The notes under the pieces were generated by a model, which worked only from the letters and a program-made list of their open reading frames with translations, did not search any database and was not told the origin of the DNA. The translations under genes and the position numbers were made by a program. Positions 30,719-40,332 of a DNA stretch of 64,000 nt are shown piece after piece. This DNA comes from Polynucleobacter meluiroseus. GTDB lineage: Bacteria > Pseudomonadota > Gammaproteobacteria > Burkholderiales > Burkholderiaceae. The stretch is from contig CAMDUR010000005.1 of NCBI GenBank assembly GCA_945879115.1, positions 11,923-75,922 of the forward strand, written 5' to 3'. How positions within the stretch are numbered: position 1 is the first letter of the stretch; every line of letters starts with the position of its first letter.

Positions 30719-32077
30719 AGTGCTGTGCCAGCTCCAGTTAAAGCTCCTTCAGCAGCTGCGTCAGCGCCATCTGCGCCTAAAGCTGCTGGTTCAACTATCC
30801 AAATCAAAGTTCCAGACATTGGAGACTATAAAGGTGTGCCGGTTATTGAAGTGCATGTCAAAGTAGGTGACCGCATTGAAAAAGAACAATCCATTGTCAC
30901 TTTAGAATCAGATAAAGCTACTATGGATGTTCCATCATCTGATGCAGGAATCGTTAAAGAAGTAAAAGTTCAAGTAGGCGATAGTATTTCTGAAGGCGAT
31001 GTTGTTCTTGTTATCGAGTCTTCCGGTGCGCTAGTTTCCGCCCCAGCACCAAGTGTTGAGAAGTCAGCTCCGGCACCAGCACCATCAAAAGCATCTTCAC
31101 CAGCGGTTTCAGCACCAATGGCTGCACCCGTTGCTCGTGTTGAGTCAACGCCTGTGGGTGGGGTTAGTCATGCTAGCCCATCAGTGCGTAAGTATTCACG
31201 TGAGTTGGGTGTTGATGTGTCTAAGGTTATTGGTACAGGCCCCAAAGCTCGAGTGACTCAAGAAGACGTTCAGGCTTATGTTAAGAACATCATGACGGGT
31301 CAAGCGGCATCACCAGCAGGCGCTCCAGTTGCAGCTAGTGGTGGATTAAATCTTTTACCATGGCCTAAGATTGATTTCACAAAATTTGGTGAAATTGAAA
31401 CTAAGCCCTTGTCACGTATTCAAAAGTTATCAGCTTCAAACTTATCTCGTAACTGGGTCATGATTCCAGCAGTGACGTATCACGAAGATGCGGATATTAC
31501 TGAGCTAGAAGCATTCCGTGTCATGACCAATAAAGATAATGAAAAGCAGGGTATTAAAGTAACGATGCTTGCTTTCTTAATCAAAGCATCTGTTAACGCT
31601 TTGAAGAGATTCCCTGAGTTCAATAGCTCTTTAGATGGTGACGATTTAGTTTTAAAGAAGTATTTCCATATTGCATTTGCTGCTGATACGCCGAATGGTT
31701 TGGTAGTTCCGGTTGTTAAGAATGCTGATAAAAAAGGTATTTTTGAAATTGCAAAAGAAACAGGTGAGTTAGCTAAGCTTGCCCGTGAAGGAAAGTTGAA
31801 GCCTGATCAAATGCAGGGTGCTTCATTCACCATTTCATCATTGGGTGGTATTGGCGGAACTTACTTTGCACCAATCATTAACGCTCCTGAAGTAGCTATT
31901 TTGGGTGTGAATAAAGCATCGATGAAGCCAGTTTGGAACGGTAAAGAATTTGTTCCGAAACTCATTTGCCCGCTATCTTTGACTGCCGATCATCGTGTGA
32001 TTGATGGTGCACTTGCAACCAAATTTAACGTTTATTTATCTGAACTTTTGGCCGACTTCCGTCGTGTCGTTCTATAA
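30479..32077 (+). CDS. aceF: dihydrolipoyllysine-residue acetyltransferase E2 (two lipoyl domains)
   Basis: Two lipoyl domains (ESDKATMDVP twice), Ala/Pro linkers, an E3-binding domain (ASPSVRKYSRELGVD) and a catalytic domain with DHRVIDG. Confidence 0.96.
   Translation: MSQAIEIKVPDIGDYKDVPVIEIHVKPGDRVEKEQTLVTLESDKATMDVPSSEAGVIKEVRVKVGENISEGTVVVLLEASSAVPAPVKAPSAAASAPSAPKAAGSTIQIKVPDIGDYKGVPVIEVHVKVGDRIEKEQSIVTLESDKATMDVPSSDAGIVKEVKVQVGDSISEGDVVLVIESSGALVSAPAPSVEKSAPAPAPSKASSPAVSAPMAAPVARVESTPVGGVSHASPSVRKYSRELGVDVSKVIGTGPKARVTQEDVQAYVKNIMTGQAASPAGAPVAASGGLNLLPWPKIDFTKFGEIETKPLSRIQKLSASNLSRNWVMIPAVTYHEDADITELEAFRVMTNKDNEKQGIKVTMLAFLIKASVNALKRFPEFNSSLDGDDLVLKKYFHIAFAADTPNGLVVPVVKNADKKGIFEIAKETGELAKLAREGKLKPDQMQGASFTISSLGGIGGTYFAPIINAPEVAILGVNKASMKPVWNGKEFVPKLICPLSLTADHRVIDGALATKFNVYLSELLADFRRVVL
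30794..31024 (+). repeat. lipoyl-domain module copy 2 (aceF)
   Basis: IQIKVPDIGDYKGVPVIEVHVKVGDRIEKEQSIVTLESDKATMDVP... Confidence 0.85.
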
Positions 32078-32089
32078 AAGGAAATCGAC

Positions 32090-32326
32090 ATGGCCACAAT
32101 AGAAATTAAAGTTCCTGATATTGGCGACTTCCATGACATTCCAGTTATAGAAGTATTAATGAAGGTTGGCGATAAGGTTGAAAAAGAACAGGCGTTATTA
32201 GTTCTTGAGTCTGATAAAGCAACCATGGAAGTTCCAAGTGAACAAGCGGGAACGATTGTTAGTGTTTCTGTCAAGGTTGGTGACAAGATCAATCAGGGAA
32301 TGGTCATTGCTAAGATTGAGGCTTCT
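32090..32326 (+). repeat. lipoyl-domain module copy 3 (N-terminus of lpdA)
   Basis: IEIKVPDIGDFHDIPVIEVLMKVGDKVEKEQALLVLESDKATMEVP... Confidence 0.85.
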
Positions 32327-33880
32327 GCCTCTGCAGTAACTCCAGCAGCACCGTCACCAGCAAAAGTTTCAGCACCATCGGAACCAACAACTCCTGCAAC
32401 GAAAGTAACAGTAGCGCCAGCTGTGGGATCTTATTCGGGCAAAGTCGATCACGAATGTGAAATGCTTGTATTAGGTGCTGGTCCTGGTGGTTATAGTGCG
32501 GCATTTAGAAGTGCAGATCTTGGTATGAATACGATCATCGTTGAGCGTTATTCAACCTTAGGGGGTGTTTGCCTCAATGTGGGCTGTATCCCATCAAAGG
32601 CACTTTTACACACCGCCGCCATCATGGATGAAGTGAAGGCAATGGCAAAGCACGGTATTAGCTATGGCGATCCTAAAATTGATATTAACCAGCTCAGAAC
32701 CCATAAAGAAACTGTAATTGGTAAGCTGACTGGTGGTTTAGCTGGTATGGCCAAGGCGCGTAAAGTAAAAACAGTTCGTGGTATTGGTCGCTTCTTAGAT
32801 GCCCAACACGTTGAAGTAGATTTAACTGAAGGAAGCTCAAAATCCTCGACGGGCAAAAAAGAAGTTATTCGTTTCCAAAAAGCAATCATCGCAGTAGGCA
32901 GTCAATCAGTGATGTTGCCATTTTTGCCTAAAGATTCAAGAATTGTGGATAGTACTGGTGCGCTGCAATTAGCCTCAGTTCCAAAAAGAATGTTAGTGAT
33001 TGGTGGCGGCATCATTGGTTTAGAAATGGCAACCATTTACAGCACCTTAGGCAGCAAAATTGATATTGCTGAAATGTTGGATGGGCTGATGACTGGGGCA
33101 GATCGTGATTTAGAAAAGGTCTGGGAAAAAATTAATGCTCCGCGTTTTGACAACATCATGCTAAAAACTCGTGCGACCAAAGCGGAAGCAAAACCTGATG
33201 GCATTCATGTGACTTTTGAAGGTGATAAAGCACCTGCAACACCACAAGTTTATGACTTGGTATTAGTTGCAGTAGGCCGTACCCCTAATGGTAAAAAGAT
33301 TGATGCTGATAAAGCCGGAGTACTAGTCGATGAGCGTGGCTTTATCAATGTAGATAGTCAATTAAGAACTAACGTAGCGCATATCTTTGCCATTGGTGAT
33401 CTAGTTGGGCAACCTATGTTGGCTCATAAAGCTGTTCATGAAGCTCACGTAGCAGCTGAAGTTGCTGCTGGTCAGAAGTCTTACTTTGATGCCAAGCAAA
33501 TACCATCAGTGGCTTACACCGACCCTGAAGTAGCTTGGGCTGGTTTAACTGAAGAGCAATGTAAAGCTAAAGGTATTGATTACGAAAAAGGTATGTTCCC
33601 ATGGGCTGCCAGTGGTCGTGCGATTGCAAACGGTAGAGATGAGGGATTTACCAAACTACTTTTTGATAAAACAACGCATCGTATTATTGGCGGGGGTATT
33701 GTTGGTACTCATGCCGGCGACTTAATTGGTGAGGTATGCCTAGCTATTGAGATGGGTGCTGATGCTGTTGATATTGGAAAAACGATTCATCCCCATCCAA
33801 CACTGGGAGAATCTGTGGGTTTAGCGGCTGAAGTAGCACATGGTAGTTGCACAGACTTACCACCGCAAAAGAAAAAGTAA
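32090..33880 (+). CDS. lpdA: dihydrolipoyl dehydrogenase E3 with N-terminal lipoyl domain
   Basis: 596 aa. A lipoyl domain and Ala/Pro linker precede the flavoprotein disulfide reductase (GAGPGGY, redox CLNVGCIPSK, HPHPTLGE). Confidence 0.95.
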   Translation: MATIEIKVPDIGDFHDIPVIEVLMKVGDKVEKEQALLVLESDKATMEVPSEQAGTIVSVSVKVGDKINQGMVIAKIEASASAVTPAAPSPAKVSAPSEPTTPATKVTVAPAVGSYSGKVDHECEMLVLGAGPGGYSAAFRSADLGMNTIIVERYSTLGGVCLNVGCIPSKALLHTAAIMDEVKAMAKHGISYGDPKIDINQLRTHKETVIGKLTGGLAGMAKARKVKTVRGIGRFLDAQHVEVDLTEGSSKSSTGKKEVIRFQKAIIAVGSQSVMLPFLPKDSRIVDSTGALQLASVPKRMLVIGGGIIGLEMATIYSTLGSKIDIAEMLDGLMTGADRDLEKVWEKINAPRFDNIMLKTRATKAEAKPDGIHVTFEGDKAPATPQVYDLVLVAVGRTPNGKKIDADKAGVLVDERGFINVDSQLRTNVAHIFAIGDLVGQPMLAHKAVHEAHVAAEVAAGQKSYFDAKQIPSVAYTDPEVAWAGLTEEQCKAKGIDYEKGMFPWAASGRAIANGRDEGFTKLLFDKTTHRIIGGGIVGTHAGDLIGEVCLAIEMGADAVDIGKTIHPHPTLGESVGLAAEVAHGSCTDLPPQKKK

Positions 33881-33922
33881 TTTTTGGATTATTACTTTTA
33901 CTAGATCAAATAAGCGACACAA

Positions 33923-33956
33923 GATAAAGGCTCCGTTAGGAGCCTTTATCTTTCTT
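33923..33956 (+). terminator. rho-independent terminator after lpdA
   Basis: 12-bp stem GATAAAGGCTCC / GGAGCCTTTATC with loop GTTA, followed by TTTCTT. Confidence 0.75.
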
Positions 33957-33960
33957 AAGT

Positions 33961-33989
33961 AAAAAAAACCTCCGCACAAGGCGGAGGTT
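33961..33989 (-). terminator. rho-independent terminator for the phasin gene (minus strand)
   Basis: Minus strand reads AACCTCCGC-CTTGT-GCGGAGGTT followed by T8. It lies about 100 nt downstream of the phasin stop. Confidence 0.75.
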
Positions 33990-34092
33990 AAGGGTACTTG
34001 CAGATTTGATCTGACTGGGTACCGAGGAGACAACTAGTTACTACTTCAATTCTTAATAAATAGGATTATGAATCATGTTCCTTTCAAAAACC

Positions 34093-34629
34093 TTACTTCT
34101 TACCGCGAGCAGCTTTAACTGCTGTGTTAGCAGCAGCATTGAAGTTATTTTGTGCCAAATCAACAGCTTGCTTAATAGATTTTTGTGTTGACTCATAAGC
34201 AGTTGTTGCTGCTGTCATAGCTTGTTTCATAGCTTGGATAGCTGCGTCTGAACCAGCTGGTGCATTTTTTGACATTTCTTCAACTAAACCATTCATATTG
34301 CCGTGACTTTTCTTTAATTGAGACTCAGTCACTGCTGTAAATGTTGAGTTTGTTTCGTTAGCGATGTCATATAAATGACGGCTATAAGACATGATCTTTT
34401 CTGCTAGAGGTTGAACCATACTAGCTTGCATAGCCATTAATGACTGTGCATCACGAACTGAAAGGGCTTGCTTAGCATTTTGAACGTTTTCGTTCATAGA
34501 TGTTTTTGCTACAGCCATGTTCAATTCAACTAACTTTTCTACGCCTTCAAATGCTTTATTTGTTAGTCCTAATAAAGTCTCTAGGTTTGCTTTATTAGCT
34601 GCTGCGATCTGTTCTGGGGTTAATGTCAT
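34093..34629 (-). CDS. phaP: phasin family protein (PHA granule-associated)
   Basis: 178 aa, Ala/Gln/Asn-rich and helical. N-terminus [34 protein letters not shown] is typical of betaproteobacterial phasins. Confidence 0.8.
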   Translation of the reverse strand: MTLTPEQIAAANKANLETLLGLTNKAFEGVEKLVELNMAVAKTSMNENVQNAKQALSVRDAQSLMAMQASMVQPLAEKIMSYSRHLYDIANETNSTFTAVTESQLKKSHGNMNGLVEEMSKNAPAGSDAAIQAMKQAMTAATTAYESTQKSIKQAVDLAQNNFNAAANTAVKAARGKK

Positions 34630-34750
34630 TTTTTATTCTCCAATAGTTAAAAGGTAAGTAAGCAATAATTGTTGCACTGCACAAATATAAGTATAGGTGC
34701 TAAAACCATGAAGTCAAGTCCACATAGTGAAAAAAGGGCAAAATTAGGGG

Positions 34751-35653
34751 GTGAAAGCCTTTTATACCGATCATTTCTACTTACCTTTGCCCCCAGGACA
34801 TCGATTTCCGATGGAAAAGTACCGTTTGTTAAGAGATAGGGTCTCGAAGATGGTGGGTGTTGAGCTAGTTGAACCGATTGGAGCTAGTGACGAAGACTTA
34901 TTGAGGGTGCATACATCAACATACGTCAAAGCAGTATCAGAAGGCCTATTAGAGGATGCTGATGTCAGAGAAATTGGCTTTCCTTGGTCAGAAAAAATGG
35001 TTGAAAGATCTAGGCGCTCGGCAGGAGCTACAGTACAGGCATGTTTAGCGGCTATCAATGAGGGTGTTGCTGTTAATTTGGCTGGCGGTACTCACCATGC
35101 CTATGCCAATAAAGGAAGTGGGTTCTGTGTTTTCAATGACGCCGCCGTAGCAGCCAAATACGTACAGGATATCTACCCTAAGCTTCAAGTCGCAATTATT
35201 GACTTAGATGTTCATCAAGGAAATGGAACGGCAGCCATTTTAGGAAAAGATCCAAGTTGTTTTACCTTATCAATACATGGTGAAAAAAACTTCCCATTTA
35301 GAAAAGAATTAAGCCATTTAGATATAGGCTTGAAAGATGGGGTAGGTGATCAAGAGTACCTAGAAACACTCAATCAAGCCCTTGAGATATTAGAGTCTAA
35401 ATTTAACCCAGAGTTGATCATTTACCTTGCAGGTGCCGATCCTCATGAAGGAGATCGCCTTGGCCGCCTCAAATTAAGTATGGATGGCTTAGCAAAACGG
35501 GATCAAATGGTTCTGAGTTTTGCTCGTCAGCATCATTGCCCAATCGCACTTGCAATGGCAGGTGGCTATGGCACTGATATTCAAACAACTGTTGATGTAC
35601 ACGAACAGACAATACAATTAGCCTTTAAGCATTCTCTTAATAAAGGCTATTAG
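34751..35653 (+). CDS. histone deacetylase-family (arginase-fold) amidohydrolase
   Basis: 300 aa with a GTG start. Catalytic blocks LAGGTHHA, DLDVHQGNGT, GADPHEGD and MAGGYG. N-terminus MKAFYTDHF..LPLPPGHRFPMEKY. Confidence 0.85.
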   Translation: MKAFYTDHFYLPLPPGHRFPMEKYRLLRDRVSKMVGVELVEPIGASDEDLLRVHTSTYVKAVSEGLLEDADVREIGFPWSEKMVERSRRSAGATVQACLAAINEGVAVNLAGGTHHAYANKGSGFCVFNDAAVAAKYVQDIYPKLQVAIIDLDVHQGNGTAAILGKDPSCFTLSIHGEKNFPFRKELSHLDIGLKDGVGDQEYLETLNQALEILESKFNPELIIYLAGADPHEGDRLGRLKLSMDGLAKRDQMVLSFARQHHCPIALAMAGGYGTDIQTTVDVHEQTIQLAFKHSLNKGY

Positions 35654-36544
35654 ATGTTGAACTCAATATGGGTGAACCGTTTATCACCCTGGATGGCTCC
35701 AGTTTTCGTTTTCATTTGGAGCACGGGCTTCATCATAGCCATTTACGGCATGCCTCATGCCGAGCCTATGACTTTTATTGTCATTCGGTTTTCATGTGTT
35801 GTGATTTGTATGTTGCCAATTGTGCTGTTGTTTAAAGCCCCATGGCCTTCTAGATCACAAACAATTCACATTGCCATTGCTGGCATATTTCTTCAGGCTG
35901 GTTATGTTGGCGGAGTTTGGGTGGCAGTTAAGGATGGTATGTCAGCGGGATTGGTAGCCCTGATTGTTGGTTTGCAACCGATCTTGACAGCCTGGCTAGC
36001 CGCATTGATATCTGAAAAAGTAACCCGTGATCAATGGTTTGGTTTATTGCTAGGACTTTTGGGTGTTGGTCTGGTTGTATGGACAAAGCTCTCTTTAATT
36101 GGATTAAGCGCATTTGCGATATTTTTTGGATGTTTTGCCCTCTTAAGTATTACAGCAGGAACACTTTATCAAAAGAAATTTTGTTCACAATTTGATATCA
36201 GAAGCGGCAGTGTGATTCAGTTTGCAGCCTCGGTCTTAGTTTGTGCACCATTGATGTTGATATTTGAAACGATGGAAGTGGAGTGGGTTCCTGAGATGAT
36301 TGGTGCGATGCTATGGGGTGTTTTTGCCATTTCAATTGGTGCAATTTCATTGTTATTCATTTTAATTCGTAATGGTGCGGCAACTAAGGTAACCAGCTTA
36401 ATGTATTTAACGCCACCAACAACTGCTTTGATGGCATGGTTCTTGTTCGATGAGCCCATTACTTGGGTCATTGTGCTTGGTATATTATTAACTAGCACAG
36501 CAGTTGTATTGGTTAATCGGTCGAGTTCTAAAAAGCTTACTTAG
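35654..36544 (+). CDS. EamA/DMT-family transporter
   Basis: 296 aa with about 10 TM helices in two EamA-like halves. The ATG immediately follows the upstream TAG. Confidence 0.8.
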   Translation: MLNSIWVNRLSPWMAPVFVFIWSTGFIIAIYGMPHAEPMTFIVIRFSCVVICMLPIVLLFKAPWPSRSQTIHIAIAGIFLQAGYVGGVWVAVKDGMSAGLVALIVGLQPILTAWLAALISEKVTRDQWFGLLLGLLGVGLVVWTKLSLIGLSAFAIFFGCFALLSITAGTLYQKKFCSQFDIRSGSVIQFAASVLVCAPLMLIFETMEVEWVPEMIGAMLWGVFAISIGAISLLFILIRNGAATKVTSLMYLTPPTTALMAWFLFDEPITWVIVLGILLTSTAVVLVNRSSSKKLT

Positions 36545-36654
36545 TGAGCCATTCTTAAAAAAGTAAATGACGAGTATTTTTAGTAATTTTTACTTTTGCA
36601 CTATCATTCATAGATCGATAAATAGCTAACTTAGGCAATATAATCAAATACATA

Positions 36655-37683
36655 ATGCAATCAAAGATTTTTCTACGCGCTATTTTCATAGCCATGATCA
36701 CCATGAGTTTGGCGCTGCCCGGTTCAGAGGTCGTTGCCCAAGAAAATAAGACGAATACCCAAAAAAATAAAGCTCAAGCCAAATCAAGTAACAAAGCAAA
36801 ATCAGCAAATAATCAAAAAAATGTACGTACTAGTACTACTAGAAAAAATGCATTAGAAAAGCATACAGAAAAGAGACCCTCATTTGCAGCAGCGATGGGT
36901 TTTCGTGGCAATGAAGATTTACTGAGCTTAAAGTCTAGCGTAGCTTTAATTGTTGATCGTCAAACACATGAAGTGTTATTCGAAAAAAATGCTCATGCCA
37001 CTTTACCGATTGCATCTATTACAAAACTCATGACATCGTTAGTTGTGGTGGAATCTGGGTTGCTACTTGATGAAAATTTAACTATTCATCAAGATGACGT
37101 CAATACATACCCAGGTAGAACTAAATCGCGTGTGACGCTACATGCAAAAATGACTCGTGAAGAAGCGCTACTCTTGGCTTTGATGTCCTCTGAAAATAGA
37201 GCTGCTTATGCTCTGGGGCGTAATTATCCGGGCGGCGTTAATTCATTTGTAGATGCTATGAATGCTAAGGCTCAGATGCTGGGAATGACGCAGTCAAAGT
37301 TTGCTGACCCCACTGGTCTTTCAAGTGAAAATATCTCCAGCCCTGAGGATTTGACACGTTTGGTTGAGGCATCCTATCAACACAAGGTGATTCGTGAGTT
37401 TTCAACTAGATCTGATTACAGTATGAAGATTGGAAATCGCGAGCAGAAATTCGTCAACACCAATCGATTGGTCAGAGCAGGTGATATGGATATTGGTTTG
37501 CAAAAAACAGGTTATATCTCTGCTGCAGGAAGATGTTTGGTGATGCAAGCTATGATACAAGGGCGCGATGTTGTGATGGTGTTCCTCGACTCTGTTGGAA
37601 CCCAATCGCGTTTTGCAGATGCTGTGCGAGTTCAGAAGTGGTTAGAAGGTAACCCTGACTTGACGCCACTGCGCCGTATGTAA
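36655..37683 (+). CDS. D-alanyl-D-alanine endopeptidase/carboxypeptidase (S11, PbpG-like)
   Basis: Signal peptide followed by an Asn/Lys/Gln-rich linker. Active-site triad of motifs SITK (SxxK), SEN (SxN) and KTG. Confidence 0.85.
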   Translation: MQSKIFLRAIFIAMITMSLALPGSEVVAQENKTNTQKNKAQAKSSNKAKSANNQKNVRTSTTRKNALEKHTEKRPSFAAAMGFRGNEDLLSLKSSVALIVDRQTHEVLFEKNAHATLPIASITKLMTSLVVVESGLLLDENLTIHQDDVNTYPGRTKSRVTLHAKMTREEALLLALMSSENRAAYALGRNYPGGVNSFVDAMNAKAQMLGMTQSKFADPTGLSSENISSPEDLTRLVEASYQHKVIREFSTRSDYSMKIGNREQKFVNTNRLVRAGDMDIGLQKTGYISAAGRCLVMQAMIQGRDVVMVFLDSVGTQSRFADAVRVQKWLEGNPDLTPLRRM

Positions 37684-37720
37684 ATTTGAGCAGTACCCTA
37701 AGCCCTAAGCATCTATAAAA

Positions 37721-38485
37721 TTACTTCGGCTGGTGTTTGTAACCTAAGCCTTTAGAAATCAGTATGGCGGTATCTTTTAGAGATTTGAGCCATTCTTCTT
37801 GAATTCTCTCAGTGGGCGCTGATAAAGAAAGCCCCGCAACAAGCTTCCCACTATCGTCGAGTATGGCTGCAGCCATACAGCTAACGCCAACTTCCAGCTC
37901 TTCATCATCTCTGGCATGACCCACCGTTTTAACTAACTCTAATTCTTTCTCGAGTTGTGCTAAATCATGGATGCTGTTGGGTGTATGACCATGTAATCCA
38001 GTCTTTGTAGCATAAGTTTTGATTTTTGCAGCATCATCATCTGCTAAGAATAGTTTTCCAACTGATGTTAGGTGAAGTGGGGCTCGACCACCTATAGCAC
38101 GAACTACTTGCATACCTGAGCGCTCACTGTAAGCTCTATCGATATAAACGATTTCATCGCCTTGGCGCACAGATAAGTTGACTGTTTGGCCTGTTAACTT
38201 ATGCAAGGCTCTCATTGGAAGTTGAGCTGCATCACGAACTGATAAGCGAGCTTTAACTAAATTACCAAGTTCTAAAAGTTTTAGGCCTAATCTGTAGGTA
38301 CCACTATCACCGCGCTCCACTAAGCGACAGGCGACCATATCGTTCAAGATTCGATGTGCTGTGGAGGGGTGCAGTGCTGTTGTTTCTGAGAGTTTTTTCA
38401 AACTCTCGGGCTCATCACTGAGCGCAAGAGCGTCTAAAAGACTCATCATGCGATCTAAAACTTGGATGGCGGTTCGGCTAGTCAT
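37721..38485 (-). CDS. IclR-family transcriptional regulator
   Basis: 254 aa. N-terminal winged HTH (LSETTALHPSTAHRILNDMV) and an IclR effector-binding domain pattern. Confidence 0.85.
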   Translation of the reverse strand: MTSRTAIQVLDRMMSLLDALALSDEPESLKKLSETTALHPSTAHRILNDMVACRLVERGDSGTYRLGLKLLELGNLVKARLSVRDAAQLPMRALHKLTGQTVNLSVRQGDEIVYIDRAYSERSGMQVVRAIGGRAPLHLTSVGKLFLADDDAAKIKTYATKTGLHGHTPNSIHDLAQLEKELELVKTVGHARDDEELEVGVSCMAAAILDDSGKLVAGLSLSAPTERIQEEWLKSLKDTAILISKGLGYKHQPK

Positions 38486-38540
38486 GTCACTATTTTAGCC
38501 ATAAAATCCGGCAAATTGCACAATGTGAAAAGTATTTTTG

Positions 38541-39569
38541 TTACTTTTTAAGGGCGGAAGCGCACTCTGAAACGAGACTAGGACCCCTATAAATAAGACC
38601 TGTATAGAGCTGAACGAGGCTTGCTCCTGCATTGATCTTATCTTTGGCATCAACGCCTGACAAAATACCACCAACGCCAATGATGGGCACCTGACCTTTT
38701 AGAGTTTTTGAGAGCTCTCTGATTACTTGATCAGAAGCCTTTTTTACCGGTGCACCCGATAATCCGCCGGCTTCATCCGCATGAGGTAGGTTTTTAACGG
38801 TTTCTCTTGCAATCGTGGTGTTAGTGGCAATCACCGCATCAATCTTATATTCAATGAGGAGTTCAGCAATGTTTTCAATTTGATCATTTTCTAGATCAGG
38901 TGCTATTTTTAAAAATAAGGGTACCTGTTTTTTGTATTGATCTGTAAGTTTTAGTTTTTCAAGAGCGATCTGGCTTAGTAATAATTTCAGCTCATCGCCA
39001 CCTTGTAGCTGACGTAAGTTTTTGGTATTTGGAGAGGATATATTCACTGTAATGTATGAGGCTAGTTCATACACCTTCCTCATACAATGAAGATAATCAT
39101 CTGCTGCAGATTCAATCGGGGTTGTAGCATTTTTGCCAATATTCAGACCAACAATGCCGCCTGATTGCCAAAATGAAGATTGCTTTAAGCGTTCAACACA
39201 AGCATCAACACCATCATTATTAAAACCCATACGATTAATGAGCGCTTCAGCTTCTGGAAGTCTAAACATACGAGGTTGAGGATTACCACTTTGCCCCTTG
39301 GGGGTCACAGTACCAATTTCAATAAATCCAAAACCTAAATCCCCAAGAGCATCAATATGTTTGCCATCTTTATCTAGACCTGCTGCTAAACCAACAGGAT
39401 TAGGTAGGCGTAAACCACAAAAGAATCTTTCATCACGGGGGATTTTTTTATTGGTCAAAGAGCCTAAGCCTAGTTGATGAACTTTATCAAGACTACCTAA
39501 AGTCAGGTTGTGAGCACGCTCAGCATCCATGGCAAATAAGCAGGGCTTGATTAAAGGGTAAAGATTCAT
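38541..39569 (-). CDS. pyrD: dihydroorotate dehydrogenase (quinone), class 2
   Basis: Motifs [18 protein letters not shown] and IIGVGGI. I prefer ATG 39569 (MNLYPLIKP...), which forms an ATGA overlap with the bpt stop. The track start 39605 adds 12 unsupported residues. Confidence 0.93.
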   Translation of the reverse strand: MNLYPLIKPCLFAMDAERAHNLTLGSLDKVHQLGLGSLTNKKIPRDERFFCGLRLPNPVGLAAGLDKDGKHIDALGDLGFGFIEIGTVTPKGQSGNPQPRMFRLPEAEALINRMGFNNDGVDACVERLKQSSFWQSGGIVGLNIGKNATTPIESAADDYLHCMRKVYELASYITVNISSPNTKNLRQLQGGDELKLLLSQIALEKLKLTDQYKKQVPLFLKIAPDLENDQIENIAELLIEYKIDAVIATNTTIARETVKNLPHADEAGGLSGAPVKKASDQVIRELSKTLKGQVPIIGVGGILSGVDAKDKINAGASLVQLYTGLIYRGPSLVSECASALKK

Positions 39570-40327
39570 AACAAGGCGTCTTTGATGTTTGAGTGAACTT
39601 GCCAATGGCTATCAACCAATATTTCCAATGGTTCAAAATTAGCTTTGTATGACATTTTAGGGCTTTCTTGAATGTAATACCCTAAATAAACATAGGGCAA
39701 ACTTAATTCTTCAGCTTGCGCAATCTGCCACATGACTGCAAAGGTTCCATAACTTGCATTCTTCACACTAGTATCAAAAAATGTATAAACAGAAGACAAA
39801 CCATTCTGAATAATGTCAATAATGCTAACCATCCTCAATTTGCCAGGTTCTGATGAATTGGGGCCATCTCTAAATTCAATCAGTCTTGAATTGACCTTGC
39901 TTTGCAATAAAAACTGTTTGTATTGATCTTCGTCATCAAAGTCCATCCCACCACCTTGATGGCGCTGCCTTTGATAATCAAGATAAAGTTGATAGTGATC
40001 TTCAAAGTAGCTAAGGTGTCCAATCTGAACTACTAAATCTTGATGTTTATTAAACGCCCTTTGCTGATATCTTTTAGCTTTGAAGTGCTGAACGTCGATT
40101 CGACATGCTGTACAGGCTTTACAACCATCGCAATAGGGACGGTAGGTATAAAGCCCGCTTCGACGAAAACCATTGGATACTAAATCACCGTAAATATCAG
40201 TATGTATTAGATAGGTAGGCGTAGCTACTTGTGATCTTGCCAAACGATTAGGAATATAGCTACAGTCATAAGGAGCTGTTGCATAAAATTGCAGAGTCGC
40301 AAATGGAAGTTCTTTTAGTTTGCTCAT
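39566..40327 (-). CDS. bpt: ATE-family aminoacyl-tRNA-protein transferase (Bpt, Asp/Glu leucyltransferase type)
   Basis: 253 aa. ATE_N Cys-rich block [15 protein letters not shown] and an ATE_C region. Confidence 0.85.
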   Translation of the reverse strand: MSKLKELPFATLQFYATAPYDCSYIPNRLARSQVATPTYLIHTDIYGDLVSNGFRRSGLYTYRPYCDGCKACTACRIDVQHFKAKRYQQRAFNKHQDLVVQIGHLSYFEDHYQLYLDYQRQRHQGGGMDFDDEDQYKQFLLQSKVNSRLIEFRDGPNSSEPGKLRMVSIIDIIQNGLSSVYTFFDTSVKNASYGTFAVMWQIAQAEELSLPYVYLGYYIQESPKMSYKANFEPLEILVDSHWQVHSNIKDALL

Positions 40328-40332
40328 GAATG

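Noticed and set aside
30520-30819. 99-aa ORF antisense to aceF. Similar long antisense or shadow ORFs occur at 7245-7538, 34777-35058, 36217-36498, 49757-50035 and 53486-53815.
   Set aside because: All lie entirely inside well-supported genes on the opposite strand. They have no RBS, and their composition is low-complexity or mirrors the sense gene. These are typical shadow ORFs.
38495-38680. 61-aa ORF overlapping the pyrD 3' end and the pyrD-iclR gap
   Set aside because: It overlaps pyrD in another frame, has no RBS and shows no recognisable motif.
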